Source of the DNA: Minisyncoccota bacterium
GTDB taxonomy: Bacteria; Patescibacteriota; Minisyncoccia; Phycocordibacterales; PALSA-1337
Direction of reading: 5' to 3'
Length of the DNA stretch: 64,000 nt
NCBI GenBank assembly: GCA_041665385.1
Contig: JBAYIX010000001.1
Span: forward strand, 47,865-111,864
A model generated the notes under the pieces. The model did no database searches, had not been told where the DNA came from, and worked only from the letters and a program-made list of their open reading frames with translations. Position 1 is the first letter of the stretch; each line of letters begins with the position of its first letter. The position numbers and the translations under genes were made by a program. Below are positions 9,515-17,642 of the stretch, one piece after another.

Positions 9515-11308
9515 TTATTGTGACAAGGACTGTTGTTTTTCCTGCCAATTACTAGATATGGTCGTACTACTGACTACAGTATTATATCCTGTCTTGGAAA
9601 TAGTGAGAGTATAGTTGCCCGCACTCAACCCCTGGAACAAAACTTGCCCCGGCGGGATACAATCGGAAGTATATGTAAAACCAACATCAGATACGGTAGC
9701 CGTAGAGGTCGAGACTTCTGTCGCAAGATAAGCGCGGTATCTGGCATACTGGTTTCCGTTTGTAACACTATTGAAAGAGGAATTCGATACTGTGTAATAA
9801 GTCGCATTGGTCCCATCCGGTCCAAAAAAATTCCATCCCAAAGGAGGTGTAGAGGAAGGCGACGTTGCAAACTGGAATCTTATGCTGGTAGAAGCCGGCT
9901 CATTGGTCGGTGACCAGATAAAGTTGTAAAAATTACTGATAGTACCTGTATCGAAAGTTGATGACTCCACATACCCGTTTGAGTTGTAGTTACCAAAGGC
10001 ATTGCGGAGCTGAATGCTTCCTGGAACCGCAGTGACATCTACATTTGTGTCGTCGGCAAAATACTGTGTGGGATTCGTAAAATCTACCTGTCCAGCGCCA
10101 CCCGACCAGTCATTTTGATTTAGGAAACCCTGCCCCGTGATTTTGGTAGTATCATACGACCCACCAACAAGTCGTACGCTAGCACCGGACAAAGGCAAGC
10201 CAGTTGAAGTATCGGTGACTGACACCATGAGGGAACGGGGATTTTTCGGCACGACGACGAGTTGGAGACTTACTGCGGCGCCGGGGTTGAGCGAGAGTGG
10301 ATTTGCCGGATTTAGACCTGCTAGATCATATACGCTGTCGTTTGGAGTTATGGCATATGCCGTATCCCATTCCATAGTAGGCAAGGTCAGCTGTCCAGAG
10401 GCATTTGTGACATGATTCACTGAATATTTTGGTACGCCGGTGCCGATCTGCTTCGAACCGGTAATATTGAAATGGTAAGCAGGTACTACGGCACACAGAG
10501 GAGACACACTGGAAACAGACAAAGCTGCTGAACGGTCGATAAAAAAATCTACAGAAGTGACTTGCCCCGTGACAACATTTGCATCGACATTTATGGGATT
10601 TGGATTGCCAGCTCCACCTAGAGGATATGTTTGGTCGCTAGAATACCCGATCTTACCGACTGTGATGTGGTATGCTCTCGAACCTGGAGGCACACCTACC
10701 AGAGCAAGCTTCCCCGTATTATCTGTGACATCATGAATGGTGATCGTGGATGTGCCCTGAGTGTTTACCGTCGTCACATCCGCATCTTGGACACTGCCAC
10801 CCACAGCATCGTGCACATGTATGAACAAGGAACCCGTATTTCCACTACTTTCCAATGACAAAGGAGCGACTTGACCGACAATACTGAAAGGAATCATGTT
10901 GTTGCAAGTGTTGCAGGATACAGTCAAGGATACGAGCTTGTTATCATTTGGTGCAGTATCATTTGGCGTTCCTCCTGCTACACTGTCTGCGGCCAAGTCT
11001 ATGTTGCGTATGATTGTCTTTACTGTGAATGTGGCTCCGCCACGAAGATATGTCTGTTCATAAAGCACGTTACCGTTCGGTATACTTCCTATCACACCCA
11101 CGTCGGAATATGGCATGTTTCTGATGATCTCCATTTGCTCTTCTGCAAGGTCTACCGCCAATTCCTGATATTGTGCGCTATTCATAAACCGGAACAAATT
11201 TACATAAGATCCATACACGGCCATAGCGACAATGACGAAGACCGCCACACCGATAACCGTCTCGACCAACGTGAATCCTCTCCGTCTAGATGCAGCGTTA
11301 TCTTTCAT
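9515..11308 (-). CDS. Large prepilin-type protein with carboxypeptidase-regulatory-like beta-sandwich domains
   Basis: RRG|FTLVETVIGVAV class III signal; Ser/Thr/Gly-rich beta domains (YHITVGKIGY, YTLTISKTGY). Confidence 0.8.
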   Translation of the reverse strand: MKDNAASRRRGFTLVETVIGVAVFVIVAMAVYGSYVNLFRFMNSAQYQELAVDLAEEQMEIIRNMPYSDVGVIGSIPNGNVLYEQTYLRGGATFTVKTIIRNIDLAADSVAGGTPNDTAPNDNKLVSLTVSCNTCNNMIPFSIVGQVAPLSLESSGNTGSLFIHVHDAVGGSVQDADVTTVNTQGTSTITIHDVTDNTGKLALVGVPPGSRAYHITVGKIGYSSDQTYPLGGAGNPNPINVDANVVTGQVTSVDFFIDRSAALSVSSVSPLCAVVPAYHFNITGSKQIGTGVPKYSVNHVTNASGQLTLPTMEWDTAYAITPNDSVYDLAGLNPANPLSLNPGAAVSLQLVVVPKNPRSLMVSVTDTSTGLPLSGASVRLVGGSYDTTKITGQGFLNQNDWSGGAGQVDFTNPTQYFADDTNVDVTAVPGSIQLRNAFGNYNSNGYVESSTFDTGTISNFYNFIWSPTNEPASTSIRFQFATSPSSTPPLGWNFFGPDGTNATYYTVSNSSFNSVTNGNQYARYRAYLATEVSTSTATVSDVGFTYTSDCIPPGQVLFQGLSAGNYTLTISKTGYNTVVSSTTISSNWQEKQQSLSQ

Positions 11309-12525
11309 ATTGCATTTACAATGGAATACAGCGGAGATATCATAGATACCGCGAAAAACCCGACAGCACTACCGATGATGATCATAAGGAAGGGTTCGAT
11401 GATCGTAGACATATCCTTTGTCTTTTGTTCAACATCATCTTCATAGTATTCCGCTACACCCAAAAGCATATCTTTTATATTTCCAGTCTCTTCCCCCACA
11501 CTCATCATTTCCGAAAGGAAAATAGGATAGAGTTTGGTATTTTCGCCAAAAACTTTTGACATTGGCTCTCCGGTCTTTATCGCTCTGGAAGCCTGCTCGA
11601 GAACAGCACGAAAGTGAACGTTTTGAATAACTGTCGCCGTGATATTCACAGACTCGACAACATCAACACCAGCACCAAGGAGAGAAGAAAGTGTGCGCGA
11701 TGTCCTAGCGGCATTTACTTCTTGTACCAAAACGCCGACAACCGGGATCTTCAGGATCGCATAGTGGAGAAAACTCCTACCAAACGGACGATGCCCCCAA
11801 TAGTAGAGAGCAATGGCAACCAAAATGATGACGATGAGCACCCACAACCCTTGATTTTGGATGAGATTACTCACAAAGAGCACAGCCTGAGTAGACTTTG
11901 GCAGTTCTACATTTAGCTCGGTAAATGTCGACATCAGAGTAGGCACTACGAATATGAACATCAATATCCCGATTGCGATCATCAGACACAATATGACTCC
12001 AGGATATATGAGAGCTCCGCGCACTTTCCTTTCCAGGTTATAGGAATTGTCCATCTGAAGAGCGATAACCTTGAGCGATTCCGCCAATGTTCCCGACTGT
12101 TCGCCGGCTCGGACCATGGATATCACGAGCGGTGGAAAAACTTTCGGATATTTTGCCAAACCATCAGAGAAGGTATCACCGCTAGTCACAGTCGCCAATA
12201 CTCCGACAATAATTGACTTGAGTTTTTTGTTTTGAGATTGTTTTTCCAAGACCGAGAGTGCCCTTCCGAGAGGCAGTCCCGCTTCGAGCATAGAACCTAG
12301 ATTTCGGCAAAAATGTATTTTTTCTATCATCTTGACTCGGTTGAGTACACTCGGCATGTCATTTAGTTTGGCCAAAAAATGGAAAGGTGTCTTTTCCTGA
12401 AAGGTCAAAATGTCATCTCCACTTTCTCGGAGCATGCGGTACAGCTCGAAACGGTCGGCGACATCCTTTTCGCCTGTATACACTTCACCACTCTGACGTT
12501 TGGCTTTAAATATGAAATGTGACAT
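11305..12525 (-). CDS. pilC: Type IV pilus/T2SS platform protein PilC (GspF family)
   Basis: RAGEQSGTL, ALIYP, VGEETG and IIEP motifs; start moved to MSHFIFK at 12525, overlapping the pilB stop. Confidence 0.9.
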   Translation of the reverse strand: MSHFIFKAKRQSGEVYTGEKDVADRFELYRMLRESGDDILTFQEKTPFHFLAKLNDMPSVLNRVKMIEKIHFCRNLGSMLEAGLPLGRALSVLEKQSQNKKLKSIIVGVLATVTSGDTFSDGLAKYPKVFPPLVISMVRAGEQSGTLAESLKVIALQMDNSYNLERKVRGALIYPGVILCLMIAIGILMFIFVVPTLMSTFTELNVELPKSTQAVLFVSNLIQNQGLWVLIVIILVAIALYYWGHRPFGRSFLHYAILKIPVVGVLVQEVNAARTSRTLSSLLGAGVDVVESVNITATVIQNVHFRAVLEQASRAIKTGEPMSKVFGENTKLYPIFLSEMMSVGEETGNIKDMLLGVAEYYEDDVEQKTKDMSTIIEPFLMIIIGSAVGFFAVSMISPLYSIVNAI

Positions 12526-14273
12526 TACTCTGTGATTACACGGAGAACTTCCTCTATAGTAGTGAGGCCGGTCACGCATTTGTATATACCATCCTCAAAC
12601 ATTGTGAGCATACCCTCTTTCTTTGCTTGGACCTCTATCTCCGCCGCTGTCGCATCTTTCATAACCATTTCTTTTATTGTCTGGGTCATAAGAAGGACTT
12701 CATGGATACCTATACGACTCTTGTAACCTTCATCGTCTCCGACAGGTGATGCCTTCCAAAAAGGTATCTTGTCCCAGGTATCGCTCGGCTTCACGGCTTT
12801 GTCCGCCTTGAGGGCGGCGAGGACATGATCGAGATCCACCATCTTTTGCAACTGGGCAAACTCGGCCTTGGATAGAAAATATTTTTCTTTTGTCTCAGTA
12901 AGCCTTCGGACGAGCCTCTGGCCGATGACAATATTGAGAGTAGAGACGAGGAGGAAGGATTCTACTTTCATATCGAGGAGACGAGGTATGGCACCTGCAG
13001 CAGAGTTCGTATGCAATGTAGATAGCACCAAGTGACCAGTAAGTGCGGCATTCACACCGAGAGCGGCCGTCTCATTGTCGCGTATCTCACCCACCATGAT
13101 GATATCTGGGTCCTGACGGACGAGAGTGCGTATACCCTGAGCAAAGCTAAAACCAATGTCTGGCTTGACCTGAGTCTGATTTATACGAGCCATCTGGTAT
13201 TCTATAGGATCTTCGATTGTGGAAATGTTCACATCCGGAGTATTGAGGAGATCGAGCATAGTATACAGTGTAGTCGTCTTTCCGGATCCTGTAGGCCCGG
13301 TAGTGAGGATCATGCCCGTGGTCTGCTTTAGTGCCTTGTGAATACGCTCCAGTCCCTCGCCGTGAAAATTTAGATACTCCAATGTAAAACCGGAAATATT
13401 TTCGCGGAGGAGACGCATGACGGTCTTTTCACCGTAATACGTGGGCAATATGGAAACACGAAAAGAAACTTTTTCATTATTCATGTCCACCTTGAATCGT
13501 CCGTCCTGTGGGAGACGCTTCTCATCTAGTTTGAGATTGGAAAGAACCTTGATGCGTGCAGTGATGGATGAACCCGCCTGTTTTGGGAGCACCATAGCGT
13601 CGCGGAGGAGACCGTCTATACGGTAACGGACTAGGACCTGTCCTTCCATCTGCTCTATATGTATGTCAGAAGCATTTTGGAGAATGGCGTGTTTTATGAG
13701 AGTGTCGACTATGCGCACTACCGGCAAATCTGTGGCTATTTTCTTCAAATCCTCCTCGGAAACAGCTTCACCCTTTTCTTCCGATATCATCCTCATAGTC
13801 TCTGTCTCTTTTTGGATGATATCTCCAAACTCGGCTTTCAAACTTTTTTGATATTGCACCAACGCCTCCTTTATGGAGTCCGCATCCGTGAGTCGGGGAA
13901 GGATTTTCAGATTTACTTTCTTTTTTATAAAGTCTATAGCAGAAAGATCATTCACATCGAGCATTGCTACTTCGAGCGAGGTATCGTTTTTCTTGAATGC
14001 GACTATGTTGTGAGTGCGAGCAATAGGTTCCGGTATGAGCGAAAGGGTTTCAAAGGGAGTTTTCTTGCCTTTCAGATCTACGAATGGGATGCCGAGCACA
14101 TAGGCATTCATCCTACGGAGATTGTCCGCGGTGATCTTGCCCTCTGTGACGAGTGTGTCTCCCAGATGTTTGTTATTCTCGTTGGACTCTTTCTTTGCAA
14201 CCTCCAAGTCTTCCTTGGAAACTAGTCCCGAGTCGAGGATAAATTTATAAAGTTGGGTATCCTCAATGAGCAT
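12525..14273 (-). CDS. pilB: Type IV pilus assembly ATPase PilB (GspE family)
   Basis: ASDIHIE, RLPQDGR, GPTGSGKTTT, TIEDPIEY, RQDPDIIMVGEIRD, TGHLVLSTLH. Confidence 0.93.
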   Translation of the reverse strand: MLIEDTQLYKFILDSGLVSKEDLEVAKKESNENNKHLGDTLVTEGKITADNLRRMNAYVLGIPFVDLKGKKTPFETLSLIPEPIARTHNIVAFKKNDTSLEVAMLDVNDLSAIDFIKKKVNLKILPRLTDADSIKEALVQYQKSLKAEFGDIIQKETETMRMISEEKGEAVSEEDLKKIATDLPVVRIVDTLIKHAILQNASDIHIEQMEGQVLVRYRIDGLLRDAMVLPKQAGSSITARIKVLSNLKLDEKRLPQDGRFKVDMNNEKVSFRVSILPTYYGEKTVMRLLRENISGFTLEYLNFHGEGLERIHKALKQTTGMILTTGPTGSGKTTTLYTMLDLLNTPDVNISTIEDPIEYQMARINQTQVKPDIGFSFAQGIRTLVRQDPDIIMVGEIRDNETAALGVNAALTGHLVLSTLHTNSAAGAIPRLLDMKVESFLLVSTLNIVIGQRLVRRLTETKEKYFLSKAEFAQLQKMVDLDHVLAALKADKAVKPSDTWDKIPFWKASPVGDDEGYKSRIGIHEVLLMTQTIKEMVMKDATAAEIEVQAKKEGMLTMFEDGIYKCVTGLTTIEEVLRVITE

Positions 14274-14362
14274 TGCTAGAATTATACCATATGTTATACT
14301 GTCCACATCCCGTATGTTCGCCCGAAAGGCGAACTATTTTATTAAAAGAGTGAGTTTATACA

Positions 14363-14478
14363 TCGGTGTGAGGTGTGCACTACTTTGTTTTTGTTCAAAT
14401 TGAAGAGTTACCTCGAACTCTGCCCGTTGGTTTTTATCCAATTTGAACAAAAACAAAGTAGTGCACACCTCACACCGA
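14363..14478. repeat. Long perfect inverted repeat IR1 (40-bp arms, 36-nt spacer)
   Basis: 14363-14402 is the exact reverse complement of 14439-14478. Confidence 0.97.
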
Positions 14479-14489
14479 CAATAATCAAC

Positions 14490-15650
14490 ATGTTTGACTT
14501 AAAAGTAATCAATTCCGTCGTAGAACAACTCGAAGAAGAGCGCGGTATTCCCCGTGAAAAAACTCTCGAGGCTATTGCCATGTCTCTCGCTACGGCTTAC
14601 AAGAAAGAATTTGGCAAAAAAGGCCAGATAATAAGGGCTTCATTTGACGTGAACAGCGGCCAGGTAGAATTTTGGCAGGTAAAAGTCGTGGTAGACAGGG
14701 ACCAGGTCATCATGGAAGGAGACGAAGAGATGGCTCATGAGGAGATAAAGGATGCAAATGTCGACGATATCAAGATCCGTTTCAACCCGGAACAGCACAT
14801 GCTTTTCGAGGACGCTCAGAAGATAAAGAAGGATGCCGCCATCGGCGACGAGCTGGTATTCCCTCTAGAAGCAAAGGCAGACTTTGGACGCATAGCGGCA
14901 CAGACCGCAAAGCAGGTCATCATCCAAAAGATTCGCGAAGCAGAGAAAACTTCGGTTTTAGGTGAATTTGGCCAGAAGGAGGGCGAAATAGTAGCAGGGA
15001 CAGTAGAACGAGTAGAGAGAGGCGTAGTCTATATCAATATGGGCCGTGCTCTGGGCATGATCCCTTACGAAGAACAGATACCGAGTGAGCGCTGGAAAAC
15101 TGGCGACCGTATCCGTGCATACCTATATGCAGTAGAGGAGTCCCCTCGTGGCATCATGCTAAAGCTTTCCCGTGCTCATCCCAAGTTCCTGTCCAAACTC
15201 TTCGAGACCGAAACTCCGGAAATAGCGGCTGGAACTGTAGAGATCAAGGCCATCGCCCGCGAAGCGGGCTCACGCTCCAAGATCGCTGTCATATCTCACG
15301 ATCCTCATATCGACCCTATCGGTTCCATGGTCGGACAACGTGGGGTGCGTGTCTCGACGGTGACGAGCGAACTTTCTGGCGAAAAAATAGATATAGTAGA
15401 GTGGAATGAAGATCCTGCGCTGTTTATCGAGGAATCTCTCTCCCCTGCGGAAGTCGTCAGTCTGGAATTGATAGACGAAGAACATCGTGCAATTGTGACA
15501 GTGACAGAAGACGAACAATCCCTAGCTATCGGCAAGGGTGGTCAAAATGTCCGCCTCGCGGCCAAACTCACCGGCTGGAAGATAGATATAAAGTCTGCAG
15601 GAGGGAATGCGACTACAGGAGGTGATGAAGAAAAGGAGGCTACGAAATAA
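14490..15650 (+). CDS. nusA: Transcription termination factor NusA
   Basis: FGRIAAQTAKQ, AREAGSRSKIAV, AIGKGGQNVRLAAKLTGWKIDI; start moved to MFDLK at 14490. Confidence 0.96.
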   Translation: MFDLKVINSVVEQLEEERGIPREKTLEAIAMSLATAYKKEFGKKGQIIRASFDVNSGQVEFWQVKVVVDRDQVIMEGDEEMAHEEIKDANVDDIKIRFNPEQHMLFEDAQKIKKDAAIGDELVFPLEAKADFGRIAAQTAKQVIIQKIREAEKTSVLGEFGQKEGEIVAGTVERVERGVVYINMGRALGMIPYEEQIPSERWKTGDRIRAYLYAVEESPRGIMLKLSRAHPKFLSKLFETETPEIAAGTVEIKAIAREAGSRSKIAVISHDPHIDPIGSMVGQRGVRVSTVTSELSGEKIDIVEWNEDPALFIEESLSPAEVVSLELIDEEHRAIVTVTEDEQSLAIGKGGQNVRLAAKLTGWKIDIKSAGGNATTGGDEEKEATK

Positions 15651-15671
15651 GAACGAGTAAGGTTAGAAAGG

Positions 15672-15702
15672 CAAAAAAACCGCAGTAATAGCGGCTTTTT
15701 TG
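15672..15702. terminator. Bidirectional intrinsic terminator between nusA and the DGR RT
   Basis: caaaaaaaccgc-agtaata-gcggcttttttg: short stem with A and T tracts on either side, between convergent genes. Confidence 0.7.
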
Positions 15703-15708
15703 TATGTT

Positions 15709-16719
15709 TTAATTTACTTTTGCTGATGCTTTTTCACGTAGAACTCTGAAACTTAACTTTCGGCAATTTCCATGACTCATTAGCCCTAGATACGAATTTG
15801 CCGACTTCTCTTTCCACTGATTCAAAATCAAATTCCTAAACATTCTTTTCTTGGTTGTTGTTCGCAGAACTCTGTGGTCCGGAAAATGCACCCACCCCAA
15901 AAAATCAACTCCTGAAGCAATCGTGGAAATAGAAACCTTATTTGGATGCATAGTAAGTCTCAACTTCTCTTCTAAAAAAGACTGCATCTTTGGCAAATGG
16001 CTTTCAAGATATGACCTGTTTTGCGACAACACGACAAAATCGTCAGCATAACGAATATAGTATTTTACTTTGAGCTTGTGCTTCACATATTGGTCAAACT
16101 CATTCATGTAGATATTCACGAGAAGTTGCGAGGTGAGGTTGCCGAGTGGGAGACCGACTCCTTTTGTACCAGAGTTGAAACTACTGACGATTTCAGAGAC
16201 GAGCCTCATAATGTCTCGGCCCGGGATATATTTGCCTATAATACTGAGTAGTATCGTCTGATCAATATTCGCAAAAAACTTTTTGATATCGCATTTGAGA
16301 ACCCATGTTGTACGAGTATTATTTTGCGAGACCGAACGAGAAAATTGCTCGAAACGCTTTAGTGCTCGATGTGTGCCCTTTCCGATCTGACATGAATGTG
16401 AATCCGATATAAATGTTTTTTTGAAAAATGGATAGAGAATGCGGTGTAAGGCATGGTTAACAAGCCTGTCTCGAACGCTCGCCTTATGAATATCCCGCGG
16501 CTTTGGGTCAGAAATCCTAAACGCCTGATATGCTGAATGCGAATATGTTTTTGTGGCAAGCTCGTGGTGAAGCAATATTATATTTGTCATCAAATCTCGC
16601 TCAAACCCTTGAACGTCTTTCCGCGCTCGCTTGTCGCACACAAATTCTTTCCATGCCAAAAGAAGATTTTCGAGAGAAATGATATCATTGTATGCATGTT
16701 GAAAAATAATTTTGGACAT
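15709..16719 (-). CDS. DGR reverse transcriptase
   Basis: KPRDI, RDRLVNHAL, KGTH, LKCDIKKFF, GLPLGNLTSQ (DGR-type), YIRYADDF, GVDFLG; 336 aa with no maturase or endonuclease domain. Confidence 0.95.
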   Translation of the reverse strand: MSKIIFQHAYNDIISLENLLLAWKEFVCDKRARKDVQGFERDLMTNIILLHHELATKTYSHSAYQAFRISDPKPRDIHKASVRDRLVNHALHRILYPFFKKTFISDSHSCQIGKGTHRALKRFEQFSRSVSQNNTRTTWVLKCDIKKFFANIDQTILLSIIGKYIPGRDIMRLVSEIVSSFNSGTKGVGLPLGNLTSQLLVNIYMNEFDQYVKHKLKVKYYIRYADDFVVLSQNRSYLESHLPKMQSFLEEKLRLTMHPNKVSISTIASGVDFLGWVHFPDHRVLRTTTKKRMFRNLILNQWKEKSANSYLGLMSHGNCRKLSFRVLREKASAKVN

Positions 16720-17136
16720 AAAGATAGCGTCAGTCAGTCAGTCAGTCAGTCAGTCAGTCAGTCAGTCAGTCAGTCAGTCAAGATTTTACCTGTTCTAAAT
16801 AAGGTAAAGAGTGCTTATCTGACATGGTACAGATTTTATCAAGATCTCCCGAAGACACATAGACATTCTATAGGACAGCGTATCGATACTTTGTTTGTTG
16901 AGCTGATAGAAGCGATATCGGCGGCAAGTTTCTTATCACGTGAGGAGAAACATCCGTATGTCAGACTAGCAATCAAAAAGCTCGATACCCTACGCGTACT
17001 TCTCATGATCCTTTGGGAAATAAAATCTTTTGATGACAAGAAATATATTACCCTTTCTGTAATGATTGATGAGGCTGGAAAAATGCTTGGTGGATGGAAC
17101 GGTCAGCTTACAAAACAAAACTCTCCCAAGAAATAG
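16696..17136 (+). CDS. avd: Avd (accessory variability determinant)-like four-helix bundle protein
   Basis: LPVLNK..Y..W, LPKTHRHSIGQRI, LDTLRVLL, EAGKMLGGW pattern next to the DGR RT. The nearest in-frame ATG is 16696, upstream of the GTCA repeat; the start is inferred. Confidence 0.85.
   Translation: MLKNNFGHKDSVSQSVSQSVSQSVSQSVKILPVLNKVKSAYLTWYRFYQDLPKTHRHSIGQRIDTLFVELIEAISAASFLSREEKHPYVRLAIKKLDTLRVLLMILWEIKSFDDKKYITLSVMIDEAGKMLGGWNGQLTKQNSPKK
16729..16780. repeat. Perfect tetranucleotide microsatellite (GTCA)13
   Basis: 52 nt, 13 exact copies; encodes the (SVSQ)n stretch in the avd frame and begins 9 nt from the RT ATG. Confidence 0.98.
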
Positions 17137-17142
17137 GGAGAG
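17121..17142 (-). terminator. Hairpin just 3' of TR, terminator-like on the - strand, overlapping the avd stop
   Basis: CTCTCCC-N8-GGGAGAG 7-bp stem followed on the - strand by TTTTGTTTTG. Confidence 0.55.
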
Positions 17143-17154
17143 AAATGAAGTGAG

Positions 17155-17255
17155 TTGCGAACACCAGCGAACCACCAGTTGTCGTTCCAGTCGTTGTCGT
17201 TGCGGTTGACGTTCACCTTGCGCTTGTCGTTCCAACGGTTGAACGTGGCGTAGCA
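17155..17255 (-). repeat. DGR template repeat (TR)
   Basis: - strand TGCTACGCCACGTTCAACCGTTGGAACGACAAGCGCAAGGTGAACGTCAACCGCAACGACAACGACTGGAACGACAACTGGTGGTTCGCTGGTGTTCGCAA; AAC/GAC-rich intergenic copy of the target 3' end. Confidence 0.96.
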
Positions 17256-17510
17256 TTGTATGGAGTCTCGTCTATTTCACTGCCCCTCGAATACTCTCAG
17301 AGCTGTATCGAATCCGGCATCTCATTCAGCAGAATGACCTACTGGGTTTATGCCTTAAAACTCCATACCAAGTAGCTTCATTTTTTTGAAGTGTCTGCAT
17401 GCACCACCCTATCCAAAGCCTCATTTAGCAAAATGACCACTGGGTTGACCGTGGATACTCTCGATGCATGGATACTGGTTTCGGTAGCGGGAAGCCGTAA
17501 CCGCCCGCAT
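17256..17510 (-). ncRNA. Putative structured 5' region of the DGR template RNA
   Basis: Nested inverted repeats and a duplicated hairpin module with a compensatory pair change (see findings). Confidence 0.5.
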
Positions 17511-17549
17511 ATTCACCTACTGCCGGAATAAGTATAACTGGTTTTATAT

Positions 17550-17594
17550 AAAAAAATTAGCCCCACATCCAAAATTAATTGAATGCAGGGCTAA
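17550..17594 (-). terminator. Intrinsic terminator of the DGR target gene
   Basis: - strand TTAGCCCTGCATTCAA-loop-TTGGATGTGGGGCTAA (with G-U pairs) followed by T7. Confidence 0.7.
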
Positions 17595-17642
17595 GGACCA
17601 AGTTTCTAAGGACCGGAGTCCAAAGCGACTTAGTGTTGAGAA

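Noticed and set aside
16537-16695. N-terminal extension of avd given by the ORF track
   Set aside because: It is antisense to conserved RT coding sequence and not Avd-like; ATG 16696 is the more plausible start.
15709-16719. RT as a group II intron, retron or CRISPR-associated RT
   Set aside because: It is short, lacks maturase and endonuclease domains, has the LGNLTSQ motif, and an adenine-specific TR/VR pair plus avd lie next to it.
17595-17642. Canonical GC-rich DNA hairpin downstream of VR/IMH
   Set aside because: Only 4-5 bp stems (AGTC/GACT, GGAC/GTCC, CTAAG/CTTAG) and a 9-nt direct repeat (ctaaggacc) are visible; too weak to call.
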